The position numbers and the translations under genes are program-made. Below are positions 47,516 through 56,611 of a stretch of DNA of 64,000 bases, piece by piece (positions within the stretch are counted from its first letter, which is position 1; every line of letters starts with the position of its first letter). A model generated the notes under the pieces. It saw only the letters and a program-made list of their open reading frames with translations, was not told the DNA's origin and made no database searches. Location of the stretch: NCBI GenBank assembly GCA_963666345.1, contig OY762721.1, positions 1,472,001 to 1,536,000 of the forward strand, in the 5' to 3' direction. Origin of the DNA: Desulfatiglandales bacterium. GTDB taxonomy: Bacteria > Desulfobacterota > DSM-4660 > Desulfatiglandales > Desulfatiglandaceae.

Positions 47516-48925
47516 ATGTCGTCAAGGATTACACCCACGGGAGTCATACGCTATCAACCGGAGAAAAGCTGGGCAGGGCTGACCGTTATACCGGCCCTCA
47601 TAGGCATGTCTTATGCAAAGGGTGCCGTCCTGATAGACATGAACGGAAACATCGTAAACACCTGGGAGGGTCTTTACGGGGTGTTCGACAACAAGATGCT
47701 TCCGAACGGCCGGATCCTCGGATGCACCCGCTTTTCTCCCGGGTACTGGCTTGACGGCATGAATCTGACCCAGATGGACTGGGACGGCCGCACAGAGTGG
47801 AGTTTTGACAGGGGCGAGGAACTGAAAAACCCCCAAACCGGGCAAACCTTCTGGTCGGCCAGGGCCCATCACGACTTCCAGCGGGAAGGAAGCCCCTGCG
47901 GATATTTCTCCCCGGAACAGGAGCCCCTCACAAGAGGCAGGACCCTCATAAATTCAGCCACCACAAAGAGGATAGAGGATCTGTGTCCCCATCCCATAAT
48001 CGACACCAGGCTGATCGAGATCGACCGGGAGGGCCGGATTGTCTGGAGCTGGGAACTCATGGATCACTGGGACGAGTTCGGTGTGGAGGAAATAGCAAGG
48101 GCCGTGTTTCACCGCTACTTCAACAAGTTCGAAGAATCCGACTATGTCAAGGACATATACTGCAACAACGTAAACCACCTGGGACCCAACCGCTGGTATG
48201 AAGCGGGGGACGACAGGTTCCACCCGGAAAACATCATCACGGATATCAGGATACTCAACACCTCATTTATTATCGACGGAAAGAGCGGACATATTGTCTG
48301 GCGCATGGGACCTGACTTTACATATTCAAAAAACCTCCAGGCAATAGGCCAGATCGTGGGGCAGCACCACGTTCACATGATCCCCAAAGGCCTGCCGGGT
48401 GAAGGAAACATCCTGCTTTTTGATAACGGCGGTCAGGCCGGACTCGGAAGCCCCACCCCGTGCGGCCCCACAGGCTACTGCAACTGCACGAGGGGCTATT
48501 CACGGGTCCTTGAGATAAACCCCGTGACCATGGAAAAGGTATGGGCCTTCAACGACTTGGATCTCGACTATAACGGAAAAATCGAGGCACGCGCCTTTGA
48601 CAACAAGCTCTTCAGCGAGTACTGCTCGAGCGCGGACAGGCTTCCAAACGGAAACACCCTTATAACCGAGACCATCCCGGGAAGGGTGATCGAGGTGACG
48701 CCTCAGAAGGAGATCGTGTGGGAGTACATCAATCCGGGCGGCGCCCTTTTCAGGGCCCACCGTTATCCCTACGAGTGGTTCCCGCAGGTTGAAACGCCCA
48801 AAGAAACATGGGTGAGTCCCCCTGAAAACAGAAACATCCGCATCACCCCTGAAGGCGGCGTCGAATGGGTTGAGGCCCATCCCATATACGGGGACGTGAT
48901 GCTCCCGCACATTCCAACCGAGTGA
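47516..48925 (+). CDS. second aryl-sulfate sulfotransferase (ASST)-like protein, no signal peptide
   Basis: QMDWDG, RAHHDFQREG, DIR, GQHHVHMIPKGLPGEGNILLFDNGG, RLPNGNTLITE, FRAHRYPY; AAGGAGG RBS. Confidence 0.82.
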   Translation: MSSRITPTGVIRYQPEKSWAGLTVIPALIGMSYAKGAVLIDMNGNIVNTWEGLYGVFDNKMLPNGRILGCTRFSPGYWLDGMNLTQMDWDGRTEWSFDRGEELKNPQTGQTFWSARAHHDFQREGSPCGYFSPEQEPLTRGRTLINSATTKRIEDLCPHPIIDTRLIEIDREGRIVWSWELMDHWDEFGVEEIARAVFHRYFNKFEESDYVKDIYCNNVNHLGPNRWYEAGDDRFHPENIITDIRILNTSFIIDGKSGHIVWRMGPDFTYSKNLQAIGQIVGQHHVHMIPKGLPGEGNILLFDNGGQAGLGSPTPCGPTGYCNCTRGYSRVLEINPVTMEKVWAFNDLDLDYNGKIEARAFDNKLFSEYCSSADRLPNGNTLITETIPGRVIEVTPQKEIVWEYINPGGALFRAHRYPYEWFPQVETPKETWVSPPENRNIRITPEGGVEWVEAHPIYGDVMLPHIPTE

Positions 48926-48993
48926 AAAAAACCGGGCAGGAAGGCTCTTAAACCAGTTACCTTAAATCGGGATATTTTTTCATGGAGACTCAC

Positions 48994-49941
48994 ATGCAAA
49001 ATGATTTTTCACTCTGTCACGAGATTATTGAAAATATCGCCACGGTCTTTGTCGGCAAAAAAAGCGCGATTGAACTCCTGCTGACCGCGGTCCTTTCAGA
49101 AGGGCACATAATGGTGGAGGACGTCCCGGGGCTGGGCAAGACACTTCTGGCCAAGGCCCTTGCCCGCAGCATGGGCGGGGCATTCAAGCGGGTGCAGTTC
49201 ACCTCCGATCTCCTTCCCGCCGACATCACCGGTTTCAATGTCTATAACCGCAAGACAGGGGCATTTGATTTTCAGCCCGGCCCGGTAATGACCAATGTCC
49301 TTCTTGCCGATGAGATAAACCGCACCATCCCCAGGACACAGGCAAGCCTGCTCGAGAGCATGGAGGAACGCCAGGTCACGGTCGAAGGAAAGACATATCA
49401 GCTTCCCCGCCCCTTTCTCGTGCTTGCAACGCAGAACCCGATCGAGCTTGAAGGCACCTTCCCCCTGCCCGAGGCGCAGCTTGACAGATTTCTTCTCAGG
49501 ATAAAGCTCGGATACCCGAGCAGGCAGGAGGAAAACATGATCCTTGAAAGGTTCCAGGAGGCGGACCCCATGCAGGACATGAAGGCCGTATCCGATCCCG
49601 TCCGGATAGAGGCAATGCAGCGGATGTGCCGGAGAATACATGTGTCCCCCCCTGTCAGAAGCTATATCACCGGGCTTGTGGGACGCACACGCAGCCATCC
49701 CGCTTTTCGATACGGCGCGAGCCCCAGGGGATCCCTCGGGCTCATGAGAGCGGCACAGGCTCAGGCCGCACTCGACAACCGCTCATATGTGCTTCCCGAT
49801 GACGTAAAAAAGGTCTTTGAGCCGGTCCTGGCACACAGGATCATCCTCAAGGATGAAGAAAAACTGAGAGGCGGGACACCACTTGATTTTCTCGGCGAAA
49901 TCATTGATCAGGTAGATCCTCCTGTTGCAGCCGGGGGGTGA
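48994..49941 (+). CDS. MoxR-family AAA+ ATPase
   Basis: EDVPGLGKT, RVQFTSDLLPADITG, LADEINR, ATQNPIE.EGTFPLPEAQLDRF, GASPRG; start may instead be 48982. Confidence 0.95.
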   Translation: MQNDFSLCHEIIENIATVFVGKKSAIELLLTAVLSEGHIMVEDVPGLGKTLLAKALARSMGGAFKRVQFTSDLLPADITGFNVYNRKTGAFDFQPGPVMTNVLLADEINRTIPRTQASLLESMEERQVTVEGKTYQLPRPFLVLATQNPIELEGTFPLPEAQLDRFLLRIKLGYPSRQEENMILERFQEADPMQDMKAVSDPVRIEAMQRMCRRIHVSPPVRSYITGLVGRTRSHPAFRYGASPRGSLGLMRAAQAQAALDNRSYVLPDDVKKVFEPVLAHRIILKDEEKLRGGTPLDFLGEIIDQVDPPVAAGG

Positions 49942-49945
49942 TTCC

Positions 49946-51130
49946 ATGAGTGAGCAGGAACTCAGGGTTCCCAGCATCTATACGGTACCGCTTATCTGGC
50001 TGATCATAGGGGCGATCTTTTTTTCCGCCCTTATCCACCTTGAGCGCGAACTCATCCTGCTGTGTGCATGTTTCTTCGGTATTGTAGGCCTTTGCAAAGG
50101 CTGGAGCCGTTTGAGCGCGAGACACCTGGAGCTTGAGACAGACCTGGATCGCAGGCGTCTTTTCCCCGGAGAGACCGCGTCTCTTACGGTTACCGCCACA
50201 AACAGGAAATTTCTTCCCCTGTGGCTCAATCTGTCCATTCCCATACGAAAGGATGGAGGCATCTCATGCGAGTCAGGCTCCTCCGGTTTTGACGCGGCAC
50301 TTCTCTGGTACCGGTCGGCCGTATTTGAGTGGAAACTCCGGCTGCACAAAAGGGGAGTATACAACCTGGGGCCGGAAAACATGTTAACGGGCGATCTCCT
50401 TGGGCTTTTCCCAAGGATGACAAATTCCTTCGCAGCCAGGGAGCTGATAGTCTATCCGAGGCTCATCCCGGTCAGGGATATGGCGATTCCAAAGACCGAA
50501 CTGTTCGGGGCCCCCGGATCAAAGAGCCCTGTAACCGATCCGGTTTACATAACAGGGACAAGGGATTATCAGGCCGGCAGCCCGGCACGCTTCATTAACT
50601 GGCGGGCAAGCGCAAGACACGGGAAATTGCAGGAAAAGGTCTTTGAGCCCTCTGCCAGGGAAAAGGCCCTTCTTGTCCTCGACACCCGCGGTTTCTCCGA
50701 CGCCTGCGATGAGGCGGGCTTTGAACACGCACTTGAACTCATCGGCTCCATGTCGGTTGATTTTGATAAAAGGGGTATGGAGGCGGGTTTTCTTTCAAAC
50801 GGTATGATCGAGGGAAAAGGCCCTTACGCCTCGGTAGGGGCAGGCCCCCGCAGGGCGGTTCATGTCCTTGAAACACTTGCCAGGCTCAAAATGAGGCCCC
50901 TGTATTCGATCGATAAACTGTTTCAGGATTCCGGGTCCCGGTCTAACGCGACCGTGTTTATCCTGTTTTGCAGGCAGGTCGACCCTGAGATCCTCTCTCT
51001 TAGACGCCTGCTTGATAAAACGGGCAAAAAAGTCCTGATAGTGGAACGAGATAAGATAGACCCGCTGGAAAAGGGAACTCATGAAGGGATCTATTCCATG
51101 GATGAACTGAGGGGAAGGAGCGATTCTTGA
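49946..51130 (+). CDS. DUF58-domain protein
   Basis: N-terminal TM hairpin, RGVY.LGP, LIVYP, RDYQAGSPARFINWRASAR. Confidence 0.88.
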   Translation: MSEQELRVPSIYTVPLIWLIIGAIFFSALIHLERELILLCACFFGIVGLCKGWSRLSARHLELETDLDRRRLFPGETASLTVTATNRKFLPLWLNLSIPIRKDGGISCESGSSGFDAALLWYRSAVFEWKLRLHKRGVYNLGPENMLTGDLLGLFPRMTNSFAARELIVYPRLIPVRDMAIPKTELFGAPGSKSPVTDPVYITGTRDYQAGSPARFINWRASARHGKLQEKVFEPSAREKALLVLDTRGFSDACDEAGFEHALELIGSMSVDFDKRGMEAGFLSNGMIEGKGPYASVGAGPRRAVHVLETLARLKMRPLYSIDKLFQDSGSRSNATVFILFCRQVDPEILSLRRLLDKTGKKVLIVERDKIDPLEKGTHEGIYSMDELRGRSDS

Positions 51131-52545
51131 GACCTGCCCTTATCATCGCCATGACGGCCATGGAACTGAGCTGGCTCTATGCGTGGTCCAACTACCTCTG
51201 CCTCGGGTTTATCGGGCAAAACGCCCCTTTCCTTCCCATGATTATTTCCCTTATGACGGGGGCGGCACTTACCTGCCTGCTCAGAGGCCGCGGACTCAGG
51301 ATCATATATCCGGCAGCCATCCAGGCCGCCGGTTTCGCCTTTGCCTGCTACCAGATGCTCAGGTATTTACACGCGCCTCAATCCCCCTTTTTTCAGGTTG
51401 ACTGGCTCGTTTCGCTTTTAACCTCCCCTCATGACGCCCTGACCTGGCTCAGGATTCTGTTTGAGGCGATAATGGCAACCTTCTGCTGGCTGAGCGGTGT
51501 CATGCTTGCAGGGAGAAACTTTGATTATGAAAGCGCGGCAAGACGGTTCGACATAGGCCTTACCCTGATATTTACGCTTTTCATAATCAAATTTCTTATA
51601 AGGGTAAGATTTGAGACCCTGATATATGATCCGGGCGCGGGAATCTCCATGTTCGCGTTTCTCATTTCCGGGATTCTGTGTCTGGCTGTATCAAGGACTG
51701 AGGGGATGAGGTCCTCTGATGCCGGCCTCAAGGGAGTGGTATTTTCCCTGGCCGCGGCAGTGACCGCCCTGACCATCTGCTCGGGGGCGCTCGGGTTCAT
51801 CCTTTCCCCCATGGTCTCGGCGGCCGAAGGGGGCTACAGGCTTCTTACGGTCGCTTCAAGGCCGGTCGCATCCCTGACAGTGCGCTTTCTATGTTTCTTT
51901 TTCGGGCCGAGGAAAAATTACCGCGACTCCGAAGCCCCTGCAGGCTCAACCGGAGATCCGGGTATGGAGCAGATTTCGGCCGGCCACGAAGCTGGATTCA
52001 TGGACACTGTTGCAGAGATCTCGGCATGGCTGGCACTGTTTATCCTGTGCGCTGGGGCCCTTTTTATCACCGGGATACTTCTTTACAGGCTCTGGCTCTA
52101 CCTGCTTTCACGGTCGCCTGAAACCGAAAGGCCGGATGATTTCCGGCACCTGTTTCTGAAAGCACTTTCAGGGCTCATATCCGCCGTAAAGGCCTTTTTA
52201 AAAAACATGTTCAGGCTCTTTTCAGCGCCTTCTGACTGTGTGGCCATTTATCTCAAACTGACAGGCTGGGGAAGGATATGCGGTGTTCCGGGCCCGGCGG
52301 CCGAGACCCCGAGGGAATACGGCAGAAGACTTTCAGCCATATTTCCCGAAGTAACGCGTGAGATCATGGAAATAATCCACAGCCTTGAAGCAGAGGTATA
52401 TGCGGGAGACGATACAGGACAGGATCGATTCCTGAGGGCCTTAAAAGACCTGCGCAGGCTCAAAAGCCCTTCGCTCTGGCCTGCAATGGTCAAGACGCGC
52501 CTGTCCAGATCCTTTTTCAGACCTCCTTCTTTTCTGCGGAAATGA
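51127..52545 (+). CDS. multi-pass membrane protein with C-terminal DUF4129
   Basis: Many TM segments; AETPREYGRRL motif; TTGA overlap with DUF58. Confidence 0.75.
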   Translation: MRPALIIAMTAMELSWLYAWSNYLCLGFIGQNAPFLPMIISLMTGAALTCLLRGRGLRIIYPAAIQAAGFAFACYQMLRYLHAPQSPFFQVDWLVSLLTSPHDALTWLRILFEAIMATFCWLSGVMLAGRNFDYESAARRFDIGLTLIFTLFIIKFLIRVRFETLIYDPGAGISMFAFLISGILCLAVSRTEGMRSSDAGLKGVVFSLAAAVTALTICSGALGFILSPMVSAAEGGYRLLTVASRPVASLTVRFLCFFFGPRKNYRDSEAPAGSTGDPGMEQISAGHEAGFMDTVAEISAWLALFILCAGALFITGILLYRLWLYLLSRSPETERPDDFRHLFLKALSGLISAVKAFLKNMFRLFSAPSDCVAIYLKLTGWGRICGVPGPAAETPREYGRRLSAIFPEVTREIMEIIHSLEAEVYAGDDTGQDRFLRALKDLRRLKSPSLWPAMVKTRLSRSFFRPPSFLRK

Positions 52546-53368
52546 CGAACAGGTTTCCGCCTATCTCTTCAAACCTTTTTTTGCACTCGGCGATATCCTG
52601 CTCAACCCGGCCTGAGGATATCGCCTCTTTCAGCTCCCTGCATCCCTTTTCCATCTCAACAGGGGAAAGATAGGTGAAATCTGAAAAGGATCTTCTGAAA
52701 AGCGGGTCAAGCGGGGCATCAGGCCTGTAGAAATCCCTTATCATGGGATCCTTTACCGGCTCAAACCTGACATCTGAAAGCCCCAGCTCCTTAAGCCATG
52801 CGGCAACCTGCCGCACCTTCGGCTGAATAATGAGTTTTTTCTTTAAGGCGCCGGGGAAATACCGCCAGAACCAGACAGCCTCGTTCTGCGACGGGTCCCT
52901 CTGGACGATGGCGACCGGTCCCTTTTTCACCACCCGAACAGCCTCTCTGAGCACATGCCTTCTTGAATCCTCCCTTGCATCCTGTGTAAGTGAAAAGGAT
53001 GCTCCCATGTGATGGAGGGACTGGATAAAAAACACGCCTGAAAAGCTTTTGTCGCCAAAAGGAAGGGCCGACATGTCCCCCCTCACCCGGTTTTTGATTC
53101 TGCCCTCTGCAATGGAGAGCATCCCTTCCGACATGTCAAGGCCTACCACGCGCCCGGAGCCGGGAAAAAGCTCATGCTCATACTGCCCTGTGCCGCAACC
53201 CACGCTCAGGACGGGTTTATGGCCACGCATTCCGCCCAGAAGGCTCTTCAGCCAGGCAAGGGTATTTTTACCAGGCCTGCGGAACCGGTCAAAGGATACT
53301 GCGTTTGAGTCGTAATCTGTAAGTGTCAGGATAGATTTTTTATGTTTGCTTGACTCCTGCCCGTTCAT
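52517..53368 (-). CDS. class I SAM-dependent methyltransferase
   Basis: VLSVGCGTG, GLDMSEGML, GDMSALPF, SLHH. Confidence 0.85.
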   Translation of the reverse strand: MNGQESSKHKKSILTLTDYDSNAVSFDRFRRPGKNTLAWLKSLLGGMRGHKPVLSVGCGTGQYEHELFPGSGRVVGLDMSEGMLSIAEGRIKNRVRGDMSALPFGDKSFSGVFFIQSLHHMGASFSLTQDAREDSRRHVLREAVRVVKKGPVAIVQRDPSQNEAVWFWRYFPGALKKKLIIQPKVRQVAAWLKELGLSDVRFEPVKDPMIRDFYRPDAPLDPLFRRSFSDFTYLSPVEMEKGCRELKEAISSGRVEQDIAECKKRFEEIGGNLFVISAEKKEV

Positions 53369-53440
53369 GGTATTATCTCCATAAGTAAAGGGTTCCGATC
53401 CCGGCGACCTGCTGCTTTATCCCTGAAAGGAGACAGTCTG

Positions 53441-53489
53441 CAATTTAAGGTACTTTCAACTTTAGTCACTTTAGTCACTTTTTTCATCC
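53441..53489. repeat. dispersed intergenic repeat, copy 2, with tandem duplication of TTAGTCACT
   Basis: CAATTTAAGGTACTTTCAACTTTAGTCACTTTAGTCACTTTTTT. Confidence 0.7.
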
Positions 53490-53550
53490 TACAGGCTGAC
53501 CCGGAATTTTATCAGAAAAACCAAGAGCCTTATACCAGGTATCAAACCAT

Positions 53551-54726
53551 ATGAAAATCAAAAACAGGGTCTTTATCCTCTGCCTTCTGGTGACATTTTT
53601 TCAGCAGGCCTACTTCTCGGTATTTTTCATGTATCCGGTGATGCTCAGGCAGCAGGGGTACCCTTTTTCCACCATAGGATGGCTTTTAAGCATATTCAGC
53701 ATAGCCGCGACCGCCACCAGGCCGTTTGCCGGGATACTCACGGAAAGGTACGGGTTCAGAAACACCATAATCGCCTCGGCCGGGGCAATGCTTATAACCG
53801 CCATGCCGCTCCTCTTTCTGATTGACAGCTCTCTCATAATGCTGACAAGGCTCCTCATGGGAGTCTCATTCAGTATCTCGATGATCGCTGTTTCCTCATA
53901 TCAGTCTCTTGCCGTGCCGGTTGAAACCAGGGGAAGACTCTTCGGATGGATCGCCACTGCATATGTGCTCCCTCAGGTGTTGCTCCTGCCGGTATGGGAA
54001 TACCAGATAGCCCACGGCCGTTTCATCTCGTATCTGGCCTTCCCTCCACTGCTTGCGATACTGGCGGGGGCCGTCTCTTTTTTTCTTCCAAAGATCTCCA
54101 GGACCGACAGGCAAAAGGCCCGGGCCAGGTCGGCAGACGGGCAGTGGGGCACCTGGAGGGAACTGTTCGCTCTTCCCCCCTTCTGGGTCCTTCAGTTGAC
54201 CGCGTTTGTCTTTGCGTTTTTAAATTCAGCCGCACTTCAATACACACCCGCACTCTTAAACACAATGGGACTCAGCGCAAGCTTCTTCATGGTCTCAAAC
54301 GCCTCAATGGCGATTGCGCTCAGGGTATTCACATCACAGCTCCTTGACAGGATAAACAGAAAGGCGGCCATAGGTTTTGCCGTAATGGTAATGGGGCTGG
54401 GCCTCCAGGCCGTTCTCATGTCGGGCAGCAACTGCGCCCTTATATTCGGGGGGTTTTTTTACGGTATAGGAATGGGATTCGGCTTCCCCATGATACTGGC
54501 GCTCATGCCTGACGTGGTCCCGCCCGGGCTCAGGCCCAAGGGCATCTCGGTCACCTTTCTGGCCATGGACATCGGCTTTATTCTCGCCCCGGTGGTAATT
54601 GGCTATGGAAGCGAGTTTTTGAGGCTGGACAGCATGATGCACATATTCGGCTGGTTTGCAGCCGCCAGCGGCCCCCTGCTCTACTTTGTCTTCTGGAGGC
54701 GCGTCATAAGAGAATCAGAGGCATGA
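53551..54726 (+). CDS. MFS transporter
   Basis: About 12 TM segments, RPFAGILTERYGFR motif A, P...RGR. Confidence 0.88.
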   Translation: MKIKNRVFILCLLVTFFQQAYFSVFFMYPVMLRQQGYPFSTIGWLLSIFSIAATATRPFAGILTERYGFRNTIIASAGAMLITAMPLLFLIDSSLIMLTRLLMGVSFSISMIAVSSYQSLAVPVETRGRLFGWIATAYVLPQVLLLPVWEYQIAHGRFISYLAFPPLLAILAGAVSFFLPKISRTDRQKARARSADGQWGTWRELFALPPFWVLQLTAFVFAFLNSAALQYTPALLNTMGLSASFFMVSNASMAIALRVFTSQLLDRINRKAAIGFAVMVMGLGLQAVLMSGSNCALIFGGFFYGIGMGFGFPMILALMPDVVPPGLRPKGISVTFLAMDIGFILAPVVIGYGSEFLRLDSMMHIFGWFAAASGPLLYFVFWRRVIRESEA

Positions 54727-54758
54727 GGCATTACCCGGCAGGTGCCTGGTAATGCCTC
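54725..54758. terminator. hairpin between convergent MFS and DUF3617 genes
   Basis: GAGGCATTACC...GGTAATGCCTC 11-bp stem. Confidence 0.55.
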
Positions 54759-54789
54759 GATATCTCATATCAACAAGGGGGGTCTCAAC

Positions 54790-55212
54790 TCACGGCTTGT
54801 CGCACGGACCAATGCGCCTTCCGCTTATCTTGTTTTTGACCGTCATTCCCGCGCTCTTTATCACCATATCCATGACCCCTTCCATGGTATCTCCGCTGTA
54901 GGTGATGGTGCCTGTTCCATCCATCTGCCCTCCCTGGCCCGAGCACTTGATCTTCCATGAGACCGTGTCGCCGTCTTCCTTCACGTCAGTCACCTGGCAC
55001 TCGTTGCTGGCCTCCTTGCTCTGCGGCACGAGGTCTTCTTCGGTTATACACTGAACGTGAGTCACGGGAGGCACGCTCATCGGCATGCCCACCATCTCGG
55101 TTTCGGTTGTGATCTCCCATTTTCCCGGGTTCATGTTGGGGCCGGCCATAGCCGTCCCAAAAGACAGAGTGAATGCAAATACCAGGACCAGCGACAAGAA
55201 TCTTTTGACCAT
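54790..55212 (-). CDS. secreted DUF3617-family protein
   Basis: Signal peptide from MVKRFL (ATG 55212, GGAGG RBS); MNPGKWEIT, QCIT, GRRIGPC. Confidence 0.8.
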   Translation of the reverse strand: MVKRFLSLVLVFAFTLSFGTAMAGPNMNPGKWEITTETEMVGMPMSVPPVTHVQCITEEDLVPQSKEASNECQVTDVKEDGDTVSWKIKCSGQGGQMDGTGTITYSGDTMEGVMDMVIKSAGMTVKNKISGRRIGPCDKP

Positions 55213-55418
55213 TTCAACCTCCATTTGAACTTTTTTAAAATCGATATTAGAAAAATTCCGGCGCCATTTTAAAGGCAGTGTGTCTTTTATCATTTTCCTC
55301 AACTGCGGTCAATTTGGAATCCGAAAACCGGCCGTCCGGCATTCTGCATATTGCTTTTTTGCAGCAAGACCGGCAGGGGAGATTTTCGTGTCATAAGGGG
55401 ATACCGCGTTTCCCTGAA

Positions 55419-55823
55419 TCAGCCAAGCCATCTTCCCGCATAAAAGGCGAATCCCGAGACGACCGCGCACAAAAATGCCCCCCACGCAATATCCACGGCC
55501 ACGACCGCCCCTGACCAGCCCTTCAGGGTGGCAAGGTTTGTCAGATCGTATGTGGCATAGGTGAAAAAGCCGAAAAGCGCTCCCATGATAAGGGCCCTTA
55601 AGACAGAGCCTTTTTCAAGTGCTGGAAGGACCGCAAAGATGAGGATTCCCACTATATAGACGAGATAAAATATGAGAGCAACTCCCCACCTGACATCGGG
55701 TCTCAGTAGCCCCTCAAGCCTGTTTCTGTAAAACCCTTTTGCCACGACCCCGAGCCAGAGCATATCGATCAGAAAGAATACAGGCACGGTCACAAGATAT
55801 AGTTTCATATAAAAGGTTCCCAT
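55419..55823 (-). CDS. DUF2177-family membrane protein
   Basis: IDMLWLG, YATYDLTNLATLKGW, VDIAWG; alternative start at 55808 gives an ATGA overlap. Confidence 0.88.
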   Translation of the reverse strand: MGTFYMKLYLVTVPVFFLIDMLWLGVVAKGFYRNRLEGLLRPDVRWGVALIFYLVYIVGILIFAVLPALEKGSVLRALIMGALFGFFTYATYDLTNLATLKGWSGAVVAVDIAWGAFLCAVVSGFAFYAGRWLG

Positions 55824-56296
55824 CTGATTTCAGCCAGCCCCCTCTGCTTGTTTAAAATTTGCCGCATCTTTTTGACCCTTTTTCTGTTCATGCCGAAATC
55901 TGAAATGCCTACCCTCGAAGAAGACCTTACATGGATAAGACCTTGTTGAGGCGCAAGCCTGCACTCCAGGTCATCTTGAAACCTGAAGATACTCGTTGAA
56001 AAAGAGGCCCTCAGATACCCTTCATCCATGACCTCAATTCGCCCCCCCATCTCTGAAACGGCACCTTTTACACTCATCCACGCATCTTCAGGCGTACCTG
56101 TCAGATCGAAGGGTCTTACAAAGGATCGGCTCTCAGGCCTTTCGCTGCAGACGCAGTTTGAGGTTTTGGGGCACGGCATAAGCCTGCCCTCTTTGAGCCC
56201 AAGGTCAGGGGCCTTTCTTGACAGAATTGAAAGCACTCCAAGCACGACACAGATCCCAAAGGATATATAAAGTATCATAGAAATGATCTTCTTCAT
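55805..56296 (-). CDS. DUF1499-family protein
   Basis: Start MKKIIS (56296); L.PCP...NCVCS, FRFQDDLE, HVRSSSRVG.SDFGMNRKR. Confidence 0.88.
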   Translation of the reverse strand: MKKIISMILYISFGICVVLGVLSILSRKAPDLGLKEGRLMPCPKTSNCVCSERPESRSFVRPFDLTGTPEDAWMSVKGAVSEMGGRIEVMDEGYLRASFSTSIFRFQDDLECRLAPQQGLIHVRSSSRVGISDFGMNRKRVKKMRQILNKQRGLAEIRWEPFI

Positions 56297-56346
56297 CCGC
56301 CTCCGTCTGACCGGGTGTCTCAAGAAAGGTGATTCCTGATGTGTTA

Positions 56347-56375
56347 CTGAAAGCTGAAAGCTGATAACTGATAGC
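56347..56375. repeat. short tandem heptamer repeat (CTGAAAG)2-CTGATAA-CTGATAG
   Basis: Seen directly upstream of DUF1499. Confidence 0.65.
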
Positions 56376-56533
56376 GTGAGGCCATGACCCCTCCAATCCT
56401 ACGAGCTCTCAGCCGCTTAAATAAGAAGAATCTCTTTAGCCCTGTTTAACAAAAACTAATCCGGAAATAATCCAATCTTATTATGCCATTTTTAATCTCT
56501 TTTGTCATTTAAGGGACTCAATTGACTTCAGAC

Positions 56534-56562
56534 TTGTCTTTAAACGGATAACCCGCTAAGAT
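56534..56562 (+). promoter_or_regulatory. sigma70-like promoter for the acyl-CoA ligase
   Basis: TTGTCT-N17-TAAGAT. Confidence 0.4.
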
Positions 56563-56611
56563 ATATACATATCTTCTCAGGAAAACCTGAACATGTTCAG
56601 CCTTCACCCTC

